Below, piece after piece: positions 25,036 to 38,600 of a stretch of 64,000 nucleotides of DNA. The notes under the pieces were generated by a model. The model saw only the letters and a list, made by a program, of their open reading frames with translations, ran no database searches and was not told where the DNA came from. The first letter of the stretch is position 1. Every line of letters begins with the position of its first letter. The position numbers were made by a program, and so were the translations under genes. The DNA is from Sphyrna mokarran (lineage: Eukaryota), in contig JAGIQG010000010.1 in the NCBI GenBank assembly GCA_024679065.1, positions 64,914,001 through 64,978,000 of the forward strand, read 5' to 3'.

Positions 25036-26973
25036 AGGGAGAAATAGAAAGTAGGAATTAAGAGCAGTTTTTTTTAAAAAAAATTAATGAATGTGTATAC
25101 AAATGTTCCACAGGGTTTTGTTTTTGTAACGCTTTTGTACATCTTATATTTCAAATGATGTGGCACTAGAAAGATTGGTAATCAAATTGCTAGATTAAAA
25201 TAGGAAACTTACCAAATAACTGAGGACCAAACCGAATTGTATGGTGATGCAATGGGTTAAAAAGTAGAAGACGAAATTTTATGTCGGTGCATGTGAGGTA
25301 TCAGCTTTTGTTTTATTTTAAAAGTAATATATATTCTTTGATATAGAAAAAGCTAGATGATGCAAAAGATTAGAGATATTTGGGAAACTGTTTCATATGG
25401 TTTAAAAAGCAGATTCTCAAGTGGATGACCCATTTTACAAGAAAGCTAATGAAGTATTTTGAGATTTAAATGTGTGTTTGAAGGAACAGCAGATAAGTAA
25501 TTTGGTTTGTAGAGAAAATTCAATGCGAATGCAATGAAGATGATCCTTTAAATGGTTTATTATGCACAATTCATGCATTTAAAAAAAACTTTCATGATAC
25601 TGTATAAGGTTTTTTCTAACGGAGCTTCAGTGTGTGGAAGTAGAGCTAGTTTGTCAGCTGGATTGAAGGCACAGCATGCAGTCTAATAGTAGCTTCTGAC
25701 CACAATTTAAGGTCCGTGTGCAGGTATGAGTGGGGAGGTGTCACCTATGGGATTTTGCACTATAAACACACCACAATGACTGGCAGCTGTTCTAATAAAG
25801 ATAATTGGCTTTCGTTCAAAACGGTCCAAGACTTTGTGATCAGTGCTTTTTATCCTTTGAGTGCAGACTTCAAAGGTGCAGCATCTGTCATATTGTGTTT
25901 ACACCACATTAGGCAGTCAGGACTGCCTTTGTAAATAGTGCAAAACTTATTAATACCAGCTTCCGTTTATACAGAAAACCCATTTTTGGTAATTATCCAA
26001 ACACTGACACCAATCATGGGGTATTTCCTTTAGGTTATCTGTAAAACAAATTAATAATATATTACATTCTCCATAATTCCCTATAATCCATAAAAAATGC
26101 TTCAGATTAAATTGTTTCAGCATGCACCATAGATTTGTAGAAACAGAAATACACTTTAGTTATAGACAGGAATAAAAGCAGCTCAATTTTGCCAAATGCA
26201 TAATCACTCTGACTTTGTGAATAAAGGAGAAACATTGGTGAAATTTTCTCAAATTGCAGGGAGTGCTGGATCAGGCAAGAAAACCTTCACTGAAACTCGC
26301 CGGCTTCACAGTTGCCTTTTCTCTCCTGATCAAATAGCAATTATGCAATTTCAAAGTGCTGGCAAGATCATACGGCCATGGAGGAGGTTTGCCTCTTTCT
26401 CACTGTTCCCTTCATGTATCCACTTCGCTGCTAGGGGGCACTACCAGGGTGCTGGGGGCAATGCTCAGCCTTGTCTCTGAACTTCCGAGGCCTCCAGACA
26501 TCTGTGTGCTCCTGTGAGGTTAGCACAACAGGTTTTCGCTTTTGAAAATCAGGAGTGATTCACTCCGGCATGATGCCATGGCGTTGGGGGGAGGAGATTT
26601 CATTAGCAGGTGTAAAGTCCTTTAATTGAAATTTATTTATGTTCATGGAAATTATATCCACGACCTTGCTGGATTTGTGCCCATGGCAGACGGGTCTGCT
26701 AGATCATGCATTTTGCTTTTTTCCCTTTGGCCTGTCAGAGCTTCACATATCCTTTCCAGAACATGAAATTGCACTTTGTGAAAGACTCTGTATCCCCACC
26801 CTCCCTCTTTCATCTCTGCCTCTGTGATCTCTCACTGTTCTTGTTGCAGAGTAATAACTCCACCTGAGGCTGGGCTTGCATCACACTTGGTGCAAATTGA
26901 TTATGTGACACAGCCTCCACTATTGAAGTAAAAGTGGCTCCATCCCATTTGCCAGGATGTACTAACATTATAT

Positions 26974-27101
26974 AGGGTGCAATCTTACTACCTGTTCATG
27001 GCACGCACCCGCTGCAGTGAAGATGAAGATATTGATGACAAGCCATTCACAGCAGCAGATGGGAAGATCCTCCTGGCTTGAGTGGTCAGAAAATTCTGGC
27101 C
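26974..27101. mobile_element. Short Harbinger-type MITE
   Basis: Ends gggtgcaatctta.. / ..agaaaattctggcc. Internal gaagatcc motif is shared with 40243-40413 and 49257-49453. Confidence 0.45.
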
Positions 27102-27284
27102 ATGATCTCTGAAGACATATGGTCTCGTTCTGAATTGTTGATCTACAATTAAAAGGTTATCAGTATACTTTTCATTAAGAGATGAAAGCAAAGGACTCCA
27201 TCAGTTGCTGACAATTCTTACTACCGCCAGGAAAAGAGGGTAATTTTAAGCACAAATGCTCCATGTCTCATCCATCAGAGGGGG

Positions 27285-27850
27285 CAGGGCAATCTTACTA
27301 GTTGTCCTATTGGTCAGGGTGAGTCGGTAAGATCGCAAGAGAAGTGAAACATCGGGTTCACACCTGGTTTCTCGCCTCTTTGGATCTTACTGGCCTTGGA
27401 TTGCTGGCGTGTTTGACCTGACACCTGGGAAGAGTGCAGGGCTGATTTTAATATTGAAATTTGAATTTCAATAAAATTAGTAAGCCCAGGACAGAATTGT
27501 CCGGGCTCGTTTGTCTTAACAACCTCGCTGTTGAAGACCCTTATCAAGGATGGTGGAGGCGGGGGGGTGATTGGCTGCAATGGGTAACAGGGTAATAATC
27601 AGCTGGGGTTGGGGGGTAACGATGTGCTATCCAGTGTGATGGGGTGCCTGGTATCTGTACATAAGTGATAGCCCCTCTACTATGAACAGCCAGCTTTAAT
27701 AGAATCCATTCACTCCCCTACCTGCGTGAATCACACTTACCCTCTCTTTTTGCACTAAGTGCTATAAAATCTGTCTGAAAGCTCACTGAGAAAATGGATG
27801 CGATTCTCTCCAGTTTTCACACTTGTTAGGCACTTAGAAGATTGCCTTCC
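27285..27850. mobile_element. Non-autonomous TIR element
   Basis: Left gggcaatctta and right gaagattgcc form inverted termini. Confidence 0.45.
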
Positions 27851-30449
27851 CTAGTTTGTTTTGTTTAAAAAAAACTGGACTCACTTGAAAAAACACAGCC
27901 CTATTTACTTTAAAGATTTTGAATCTATTTCACATAATACCTCTTATTTGTCTCTAAGATGTCCCTTTAAAGTTACCTCTTCGAACAAAGTTTTGGCAAC
28001 TTATCCAAATGTTTCCTTATGTGGCTCTGTCAAATTTATAGTGTTCCTGTGAGGTTTTTTTTTAGGGTTTTTGCTACTTAAATGTTATACAAGCGCAATT
28101 TACTGTTTGCTTAACCATAAATCTAACTCCTAAAATATTCATCTTGATGGCTTTGATGCTAGGAGAAGACTAATACTTTCCCTTAATTGACTTTTCACAT
28201 TCATCCCTTGTAGCTCTCATTGCAATCTGATACAAGCAAGGCTTTCTACTTTCTAACCTATGATTCTCCACCAATAACACAATTAAAATAAATAGGTGAA
28301 AACTTACGGGGTACTAAGTGTGAAGCAAGAAATCTGAACAAATTCTTTAATAATTGGAAAGATTAAAAACTTCCGGACTCTCCTTTTTTAGTAATAAACC
28401 TTGTTTGTTGAGAATATCAAGGGCAGGCTTAATTCTGTAAATTATTCAGCATGTCTGCGTATTCTTTCTTTTAATCATGAATCAAAAGAAATCAAAGTCT
28501 TGTTAAGACGATGCTTCTGGATAGCCTCAGGGTTCAAACAGTAGGAGGACTTGGCAGTAGAAAATAGGACCTGTGGCTTTTTGTACTTGCTGCTCCCGAC
28601 TCTTCTTTAAGTCAAAGGAGAAAAATAATTGATCCGAATGAACTCACCCAACTTGATTTTGCGTTTCATTCTGGCTGACCATACACTGACAATGAAGAAG
28701 TTTCTTGCTTATGTCTTGTTAACCTCTATGGATTTTTGTACATAGCCTGTGTTGCTGATACAAGTATGGTACCACTAACTACATTGTACTGAATTACATG
28801 ATACATGAAAAAGGAGTTAAAAAATATGCAGATAGATTTAGATGAGATAGACCTCATCACAAAGGCTAGTTGGGCCAAATATTCTGTTTTGTGCTGTAAG
28901 CTCTATGTAATGGTAGACAGTTCAAACTTTTGGATATTTGATAGGCATGTCCAAGAATGTATGAATAAAAGAGGAAACCTGTGCTGTTAAAAATGTAATT
29001 TGCCAAATATTTTCATGGAATATAATTTGTCCGGACAGCAATAAAACTATTACCAACCTGTTTTTCCACAAAGGTAAAATTTAATTAAGTTCATGGGCTT
29101 GACGGTATTGCAGGGATCAGATTTCAGGTTCACCGATGAACAGTCATGTTCAACGTGGTTTGCAACGTGTTCTGAGCACCCCAAAGGGAAGCGTCAGTCT
29201 GTCACCATTCCAGCAGCACAATAAATCAAAGGGGGTACAAAGTTTCTGAGGAATTTTTGAAGAGAAACCACAAAGGAGATATGTGAGAAATGCTTCATCT
29301 TTGAACTCCTGCAGCATGAAAGAAAGGGAAGAGTAATGCGAGAATTTCCCGACAGCCGCATGGAAAGGGAGAGGATAATATATTTCTGTTGCAACAGAAA
29401 ATATGTAAATCATATGACAGTACAAAAGTATTAACTAATGATGTTTTTCATGTTAAAATAGCTTGATGCACTTCACCAAATGGATTTCTTTTTTACAGTT
29501 AATGTCTATGCAGGCAAACAATTTAATGAATTGATACAGGGTTATAACATGAAAAAGAAAGAGGGGATTAGTTACAGGAGCAATTTCACTGCAATAAGGT
29601 GTCTACACAAGAAGACACAATGGGTGAGATTGGGATTTTCATTTGCTCATGTGGGAGTGGACATGGTGTGATAACTAACCCCCCATGACTTGCATGAGGA
29701 ACCACTGATTGACCTCCTCATCGGACTTGTTGAATATGATCTCCCTGTGGCTTGATAATTAACCAATCAGTTCGTATACCGAGCCCTGCATAAAGCAGGC
29801 CCAAATTGGGTCTATTATTCCTTAGTCTAGGTTGGGACCTGTTGTGTTCACCATAAGCTTGTGGCTTTTGCTTAACTTTATTTTGTGTGTTAAAGCACGT
29901 TCCTTTACAGCTGACTTCGTGAGTTATTATACATGCTTTCCAAATAGCACTCTTGGATAGCATGTTAGTGGTTTGATGCCTCCAGGGGTTTCCAAGTTGA
30001 AGGTGTGGGGGGAAGTTGTAAGAGTTTGGAAAGTTCTCATCTCCAATTAATAATTTCTTATGTTCCTTGAGCAGCTTGTTAATAGGTCAGGGTGGCCCAC
30101 AAGACAGTGCTCAAATTAAGAATCAACAAACCTCTGAAATGTAGTACAACTGTTGGGTCCAATGTGGGCATAATATAATGTAAAATATTTACAATGGAAA
30201 ATTTTGATAATGAAGGGATCTTTCCCCACATAGGGTGCTATATCTTTTAAATGGCAATTTGGCCACTTTAGTGCGTGGTGAGGCTGCTGATCCTGCCTCC
30301 TTTTCTGCAAGGCAGTAGCAATCTCCATCATAGCTGTCATCTTGCTTTGCCACTTATGCTCATTTGTCTTCTTTACTGCCTGCTACACCTGCATGCTTAC
30401 CTTCAGTGACTGGGACATAAGTCAATGGTCCAGATTACTCTGAAGGATC

Positions 30450-30800
30450 ACTGCATCCTCATCACCTAACTTGTTATCATCTGCAAACTTTTGAAATGTT
30501 ACATTTTGTTTCCTCATCCAAATCATTTAATATATATTGTGAATAGCTAGAGTCCCAGCACTGATCCCTCTGACACCCTACTAGTTGCTGCTTGCCAATT
30601 TGAAAAGCATTCATTAATTCCTACTCTTTATTTCCTCTCTGTTAACCAGTTTTTTATTCATCTTAATACACTTCCCCAATTCCATGTATTTTAATCTTGC
30701 ACAATAATCTCTTTGGTCTTTGTCAAATGTTTTTTGAAATGCAGGACTTTGTCAAACCTTTTTTTGAAAGCCCAAATATACCACATGGACTGGCTCCCCC
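30450..30800 (-). mobile_element. CR1 LINE RT-core fragment
   Basis: Minus strand reads SRVSEGSVLGL*LFTIYI..DLDEETKCNISKFADDNKLG, the GVPQGSVLGP and FADD motifs. Confidence 0.8.
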
Positions 30801-30809
30801 TTTTGTGGC

Positions 30810-31295
30810 TGCTGGCTGCTTTCCAAAGGCAGCGGGATGTGGGGACGGGTTTAATGGATAGTCGGCTAGTTTACATGATGGACTGGGCTGGGCTATGTTC
30901 ACAACCCTTTGTAGTTTCTTGCAGTCATGGTCAGAGCAGAAGCCATAAAAAGCTGTGAATCATTTGGGAAGAATGCTTTCTATGGTACATCTGTGAAAAC
31001 AGGTGAGATTTGCTGTTGACATGCCGAATTTCACTTGTCTTCTGAGAAGGTAGAGGTGTTGGTAGTTGTTCTAAACTATAGCGTTAGCATGGAAGGATGA
31101 GGGCAGTTTATTGGTGATCTGAACACTTAGAGACTTGAACCTCTCGACCACCATTGATGGAGATGGGAGAATTTCCTCTACTGCGTTTCCTGAAGTTGGA
31201 GATTATCTCCATCGTTTTACTGACATTGAGGGAGAGATTATTGTCATCGCACCACTTCTCAGATTCTCTCTGTCTCATCATTGAGCCAATGAACA
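30810..31295 (-). mobile_element. Rex1/Babar-like LINE fragment
   Basis: ORF 31108-31299(-) WCDDNNLSLNVSKTMEIISNFRK..PISING matches the Rex/Babar motif WCxxNNLxLNVSKTKELIVDFRK. Confidence 0.75.
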
Positions 31296-34200
31296 TCATT
31301 AGAAACTGAAGTAGACTAATGAACTGGTTTTAATTTTAAAATTGCCTCATCAGATGCAATGTACAGAAATTGGTCACAGTGGAATTCAGTTGTTGCCATA
31401 TGATTTGATGGTTGAAATATGATTACCTTAGTGTTATTGGGAGACACTTGCAGGAACTGGGTCCCAACTGAATGTAATTCAACCTGTGCTTCTCAATGTT
31501 TTAAACCTATTATTGAATTAAGATGAGTTGAATCAAAATGTTGCCAGCTTTGTAAAAAATATTTGAGCCTCTTGCTCATGGTCAGTGCAAGGAAAACATT
31601 GCAGTAATAGCAAGTGAGTTTGTGTAACTTAATATATGACAACTTCATCAATTTTGTTACAAAATGTTGGGACACCTAATTCCTCCTTTTGTATTGTGTT
31701 GCATAAGATCACTTGCGCGGCATCAGTAATAATAAATATAAAGGAAGCTACAATAAATTATCCATCTATCTGGAAACCAATATTTGTAATTGAGAATAAA
31801 GGTGTAAAACTGTCACTTGCCTTATTCATCTAACTCCACTCCCCAGGTTATATTTCAGGCTCCAATGTTTTTTCCATCTTTTTCATCAGTTTTTTTTGTA
31901 ATAATTCAAACCAACAATGTCAGAACACAGATTAGATGCAGAGAAAATCTCCTTTTGCATTCACTCAGCCTTGTGGCTTGAATCCAACTTTGAAATAGAC
32001 CCCCCTCCTCCACACCAGCAGTGTGGCATTTTGATTTCCCATATCAGCCATCCTTGTCATATCTCCTCAATAAGGCTGTCAGTTCAATGGCAATTAGTGG
32101 CTCATAGACAATAGGAACTGACTTGAAATTGCCCAAGTCCATTTCACTTACATCAGAGTGAGGGAATTTTCATTTAATTAGTCTAACCTCAATTCAAAGT
32201 TTAAATTTCAGTCGTGATATAACATGTACTATACTTGTTATCTCCCCACCCCCTTCACAGCCGCAACCCTGCCTTCCCCATCAGTCAACCACCATTGTAT
32301 TCGTAATGTTATTGCCTGAGGTGACCTTTGTATAGGACAAACTTTCTAGAGTATATGTTTGTTGTCTAAATCTGGTTACCATCAGGAATTATCAATTCTC
32401 ACATTGCTCCTAAGCAATCTGAGAGACCTTGTACATCACCAAGAAAGCACCAATTACATTTATTATAATGAAAATGCCAAGAGTAAAAATACAATTCTAA
32501 GAATTCAGACTATTGCATGATTGGGCTTTTACTGTTGGAAAATATATTTTTTTTAGTGTGTCTGAGCAAAAACTATATATTTTCTATTCTTTCTGAAATC
32601 CAGATCTTTGATGAATTTTGAAATGTGTATATTGTTGTGGTTATTGAATACAAGTGTATCCAGGACTATGAGCTAAATTTTGCAGCATTTCACGCCGGTG
32701 GAATTTTCTACTCCCACTGCAGTGAATGGAGATTTGGCTGAGCACCAAATTCTCCATCCTCGCTTGCAGTGGTGGCAAAGTGTGAACAGCCAGAAAATGA
32801 CAATAATTGGTAATTTAAAAGAAGGCTCTTTGTGGAAGAATAATAGGATTTCCAGAGAGCTCTTCAATCATCTTTTACCTGTTGGTAAACTCTATTTTAA
32901 TTCTTAACTTGCTTCACTTCCTGTGATGATGTATACCAATTATTTAGTTTTTGGCACTATGTTGAACTGCATGCACGACAAAGGAATATCACAACATGTC
33001 AGTGCCAAATATCTGGCAGTTCTACAGGAAGGAAAACAAAATTGGAAAGGCATGTATTATATAATTCTTAGTATTTATTTTGTTTAATGACACATAAGGG
33101 TGGAGAGAAAAGGCTTAGTTAATAAGGCAAAATTCCGTGTGGGCCTGTGCAATGATAAATGTAAAGAGCCCAAGCCCTTGAGCAAAATTTAATGACAAAA
33201 TTGGCATTGCTCCTGTTGACCTGATGTCAGGGTACTGAAGGAATTTGGTCCCTAAGTGACAGCGAGAATCTTGGCACTGGGGCTCTCAGCTTCAGGGAGG
33301 ATGCTTAATTCCTGAACTACTTCTATTAAGAAGGAAATTCCACCTCAAGGACTGCCAGCCAGTTGGAGACCAGTAGCTCTCCATTATTTGCAGCAAGAGT
33401 GGGACTGGTGCTTTTGCCAGTAATTCACTAGGGCCTTCAGTGGCAATTGTCTCTGGGTCCCTGGCAAAAGATGAGTGAGTAGTGGAGAGAAAAAGAGCAT
33501 GTGGGTCGAATGGAGAGGGTTGCTAGTGATGGGGGGATGGGGAGCGGAAGGTGGAGGAGGTTGATAGTAACGGCCTGCAAGAGGCATCTCAATGCCAGGC
33601 TCTCAATCAGGCACCAGGTGCCTTTGAATGAGGGACACCCCTCCAATAGGCTGCAAGAAATCCAAGAAGGTTTGCTGCTTGTCCTCCCGCATGGACAGAT
33701 CATTGCCTGTCACTAGTTGAACACCAACAGCAATGGATGAGATCCTTCATTGGGTATTAATTACCCACTCGAGGGCCTTAATTAGCATCTGGGTGGGAAA
33801 ATCGCCTTCAAGCCTTTCCACCCTGGAGGGATGCAATAGGAGGGAGGCAAAGTGGTATCCTCCCATCTGATCGGACAGCCTACCCCCCCCATCTCAGAAC
33901 TTGTCTCAGATGTTGGTGTTAAAATCCACCCATGCTTTCTGTCACTCAATGATTTGAATTGCCCCAAATGGGAGTAGTGGCAGGACATTACAATTGATGC
34001 TGGTGTACATGAATTTGAGAGGGGCGATATTCGCCAGGATTCTCGCTCTTGATTAATGTTCTGTGACCTCTGCTGGCAAGTGCATGTTTGGTGGGGACAG
34101 ATCAGGGTGGGGTGGCCCTGTAGCATTGAATAATTTGCTGACAGGCTGAGACCTATTATTTCTGCACTTACCAATCCACAATATTCTGTTCATGAATGTA

Positions 34201-35012
34201 AATAAGTTTTAAAATTTTTGGCTGTAGAAAAAAGAACCCTGGCCTCGTAGTCTAGAATCACACATGAATAAAAAGATCAATCAGCTTATCTCTGTTATCT
34301 TTCTCAATTTCAGAGAAATGGTTGCTTTGAAGAAAAGGAAGAACTTTTTAGTTAACATTTTATCAGTTTCCAGAATCCCCCAAAGTGGTTTCACAAAGAA
34401 TGAGTTACTTTTGAAATGTAGTAACTGTTATTCAGTGGCCAAAGAATTGCAGTTGACCATAAGAAAAAATTCTTTAGGAACTCCTTAGCAACAGGGTTAA
34501 CATTTAACAAGATACAGCACTCAATGTGAAATAGGAAATTTAAAAAAACTCTTTCTTGTTTCATTTTGTTTTCTGAGTGGGGTTTAGCTCCATTGGTACC
34601 TGGCAAGCTCTTGTAAGTTGAGTACAAAGTTCCTTCAAAGGTGGATGGGTGCACATCAGCCTGGGGAAAAAAAAGGCAAGCAGGCATCTCTCAAACTGTC
34701 CCATTGGAGATGATGCTTGTGTGTGATGGTGCAGAAAATTTAAAGGTATAATGAATAGGTCACGCAGAGCCAAAAAAGCAGAGATCGTAGCTCATGTGGA
34801 CTTTAGCTGTGGATCAAGCGCCCACTTATATGCAGGCTATTTGATTTGGCGACCATTGCAACAAGCTTAATAGTGCCCTCATACATTATTCCCACATTTT
34901 GCAAACAAGGATAATCCTATAGCAATCAGAGCGGGAATCTTGGCTCATACATCCAATTTCTAACTTGGCTAAATCAACTGCAGCCACAATCCAATCTAAG
35001 GCCTATTAATAC

Positions 35013-35598
35013 TTAAGTAGTACCACATTTGATGATGCCATTGCCACCTAAGCCATTAGAGGAGCTGGAGGCAATATTAAAACTTGTACATTGCAGGCAT
35101 GATTTGGACTTTTGCTGATGTAAGTGCTAAAGAATTCAAATTAATATTTGGTATCTCAATTTTTCTTTTCCTTCTCCAACCTCAAACACTGCCATCATCT
35201 GGTCTTCCTGCACGTGGAGTTTTCTGTAGCCACGAATGCTTAACATAACTACTGCCCAACAAAGACATGAGTGACTGATTGAAGAATGGAACCAGGTGAT
35301 ACAGATTTTCTCTTGCTATGGCTGATCATCCTTTAAGCAATTGAACTGCTTAGCTTTGACGTCATTGAAAGCTGAGGTCTGGACTACTGGGACCATTTAG
35401 CACACTCCCAGGGCATTTTTTTCTAAAATGTTACAGCACTGCTGCCAACATATACCCTCAACCAGAATTTCAGATATTCAATAATTGGTTTATTGATTTA
35501 TTAAATAGTACCATATTTGGTGATGCCATTGCCATCTAGGCCATTAGGGGAACTGGAGGCAATATTAAAACTTGTGTATTGTGGACATGATCAGGACT
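35013..35598 (+). repeat. Dispersed direct repeat pair (about 98 bp; 35013-35110 and 35501-35598)
   Basis: Both copies read tagtaccaYatttgRtgatgccattgccaYctaRgccattagRggaRctggaggcaatattaaaacttgt..; offset 488 bp. Confidence 0.85.
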
Positions 35599-36325
35599 GA
35601 ATAATTGAATAATTAAATATTATTTTAATACAGTGTACGGTGTTTCTCTCTGTCCAAATAATTTCCTAAATTCCTAGCTGTTTCTGTTTATTTTCAACTC
35701 TAAAAGGATGCCTGGTTATTTTACAATTAAGTAAATGTAGATAAAAATCCATGATGTTGTTGTTTTGATTTTTAAAGTAAAGTTAGGTCTCTGCATCAAC
35801 AATTTCTAATTCTGGAGAAGTCAAGCCCCAGCCCTGATTACTTCCAGCTGTTCTTGGGTTTTTGTGACCCTGCTGTTGTCAAGTAATATTCCTCTGTTGC
35901 AATGAGCAAGCTTTGCTCTATCTGGTCCAAGTTTTGAGAAGAAATGATTGCCAAAACCCCACTAGTTGTAACTATCAGGAGGTGGTTTTCAGGAAATAGC
36001 TCCTTTTGTCTTGACATTTGTGATCCCATTCTGGCAGAGGATTCTCAACTGGAATTTTCACTGAAGCATGCCAAGCAGAAAATGACAAACATTCCCATCA
36101 TATTAACCATATTCATATTTTGAGAGTGAAGCAGTTTCAAGTATGGGTATAGTTTAAAAATCGGATCTGGTGGATCCTTTTAAAGATCCTTTTGCTTTGT
36201 ATATCTAAATCTTTTTTCTTCCACACATCAAGATAAATCACAAATCATTATTTGACTATCTACGAATTGAAAGCTGGTGCTGTTGAGATGAATGAATGTA
36301 ATTTATTAAATATAAAAAGAGTTGT

Positions 36326-36466
36326 NNNNNNNNNNNNNNNNNNNNNNNNNNNNNNNNNNNNNNNNNNNNNNNNNNNNNNNNNNNNNNNNNNNNNNNNNNN
36401 NNNNNNNNNNNNNNNNNNNNNNNNNNNNNNNNNNNNNNNNNNNNNNNNNNNNNNNNNNNNNNNNNN
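36326..36466. other. Assembly gap (141 N)
   Basis: Run of N. Confidence 1.
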
Positions 36467-37989
36467 CTTGGTCAGCTTTAAACATATTGAAACTTCAATG
36501 TTAGCAGTGTTTTCAATCACTGGATACCTGAGCATTATTACAACTAGGTCTTGTACTTCATTTCCAGGTTCCTAGTGATTCATTAACAGTGCAGTATTTT
36601 GCATGGGAATTTTTGGATTTTAACCCAAACAAAAAAAGCTATTGTAATTTTCCTGACTCCACACATACCACAAGAGTATTCGACCTGACCACTTTTAACA
36701 GTGTTCTTTCAGTTTATAATCAGAGAGCTATAGCAGCCTAGATTTCTCCGTAACTAGGATTAGTTTTAAACCTGGCTGTAAAGCACAATGGTTCACTGTA
36801 ATGGTAAAATCGGCACTTCTGGGCAAATCTTACACTTTCCCACCTGTTTGTTGATACTTCTGACTGACCTTGCAGTGGGCTGTTGAATATAAAAGCATTC
36901 TGTTTTTGAACTAGGTCTGCTTCAAAATTTCTAACAGTTTTTTTTGTATTTTGGGAATTTGCTCTGTTGCAATGAGCAACTGCATTTGCGATAACAGTAA
37001 AAATTGAAGCTCTTTCGCATTCTGTCAAATGTCCCCTTCAGGTTTATTGATCTGAATGTAAGGGTAAAAATTGTATGAACAGCTTGTGGGGGGGATCTTG
37101 GTACAAGTGAAAACTTGGAATGGGGTGAACATGTTTCTCAAGAAGGAAAGAGACTTTTCATACAGTTTTCTTTTTTTAAAATCATAAAATAGTTACTTCC
37201 AAAATCCATCTGAAGAACCACTCCTGAATATTTTTGTGCACGATAATATCAAGACAATAAAATTTCATTGCATCGCTATTAAATGCTGCTGTTGTGTGAG
37301 CATATTATCAGAGCTGGATTGTGATGAGAGAGTTAGGTGATGTTTTGTGCTGCTATTTTTAAAAGGGTATGTATATCCTCCTTTTTTAAGACTGCTTTTT
37401 CCCCCTCTTTCACACGCTAATTGCACACTGTAGAATGGTTGAACGATCAACTCTTTGTGCTGCTCTGGGACTAGTCACAAAGAGGTGTATAAGAATAATC
37501 TGCATTTCATTCTCATCTTCCCTTCCATCCTAACAGCGAGGCATTTGGACTCTGTTGTCATGATGTGATGCTGAGACTGACAGTGTGTAAGGAGCTGCAT
37601 GTATGTGCTGAGAGTTCTAAAGTGCTGCAACATCCTATTCCCCTGTATTTCAGGGTGTTGTTCATATATTTGATTGAACTTATACCTATGCCTGTAGTTT
37701 TATATTTAGGCTGATGTGCTTTCCCCTAAGCTATTCCTTAAACCTCTGAACATTTGTCTGTTCATAACTCATGCCTTGGCCAGTGTCCAGTTGAAGCCTC
37801 CTTCCACATTGGCGTCAACTTAAAATTCTCAGTTTTTTTTCAAAGACCTTTCCACCTCGAACTTCAACAAACTTCGATCGTTGTGAAATTCTTAAGGTGG
37901 GTCCTGGCTCACACAAAATGCTGATCATTCTTCAACTTCTACCTCGCAGCTTCAGCTGCAAGCTTAGTCCTGAGAGTTTTAGAATTAAT

Positions 37990-38416
37990 GCGTGGTACAG
38001 TTGTTAGGACTGCTGCCTCATGATGCCAGGTACCCATGTTCAATTCCCAGCTTGGATCACTATTTGTGCAGAATTTGCACATTCTCTCCGTGTCTGTGTG
38101 GGTTTCCTCCAGGTGCTCTGGTCTCCTCCTATAATTCAAAGATAAAGAACAAAGAACAACACAGCACGGGAAACAGGCCCTTCAGCCCAACGAGCCCGCG
38201 CCGCCGCCTTAACGTCTTTATGACATAACCATGACCTTAGGCTATGCCTGAGGGTTAGGTGGCTTGACCATGCTAAATTGCCTGTTAGTGTTAGGGGCCT
38301 AGCTAGGGTAAATGCATGGGGTTATGCAGGATAGGGGCTGGGTGGGATTGTGGTTTGTGCAGACTCAATGGGTTGAATGGTCTTTGTCTGCACTGTAGGG
38401 ATTCTACGATCTATGA
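37990..38416 (+). mobile_element. HE1 V-SINE interrupted at about 38144-38248
   Basis: Head, V-domain (gggtttcctccaggtgctctggt) and HER1 tail are all present. An inverted CR1 tail with AAAGAAC repeats is inserted after ttcaaagat. Confidence 0.85.
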
Positions 38417-38550
38417 TCTGATATAATTTGAAATCCCTCTGTGGCTTTTCTTCAGTTTATGTGGATAATATTCTTCACCCTTTCATTCCAACTGCACCCT
38501 GTACATTCCACTAATATCATTGCAGCTCAACCTTTAAGCAATTATACCTC

Positions 38551-38600
38551 AGGCCGAAGGGCCTGTTTCCATGCTGTAAATCTCTATGACTCTATGACTC
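38551..38600 (+). mobile_element. Extremely 5'-truncated HER1/CR1 tail
   Basis: ggccgaagggcctgtttccatgctgtaaatctctatgactctatgactc; same family as 10-239. Confidence 0.7.

Noticed and set aside
36252-36575. ORFs spanning the N run
   Set aside because: Artefacts of the assembly gap.
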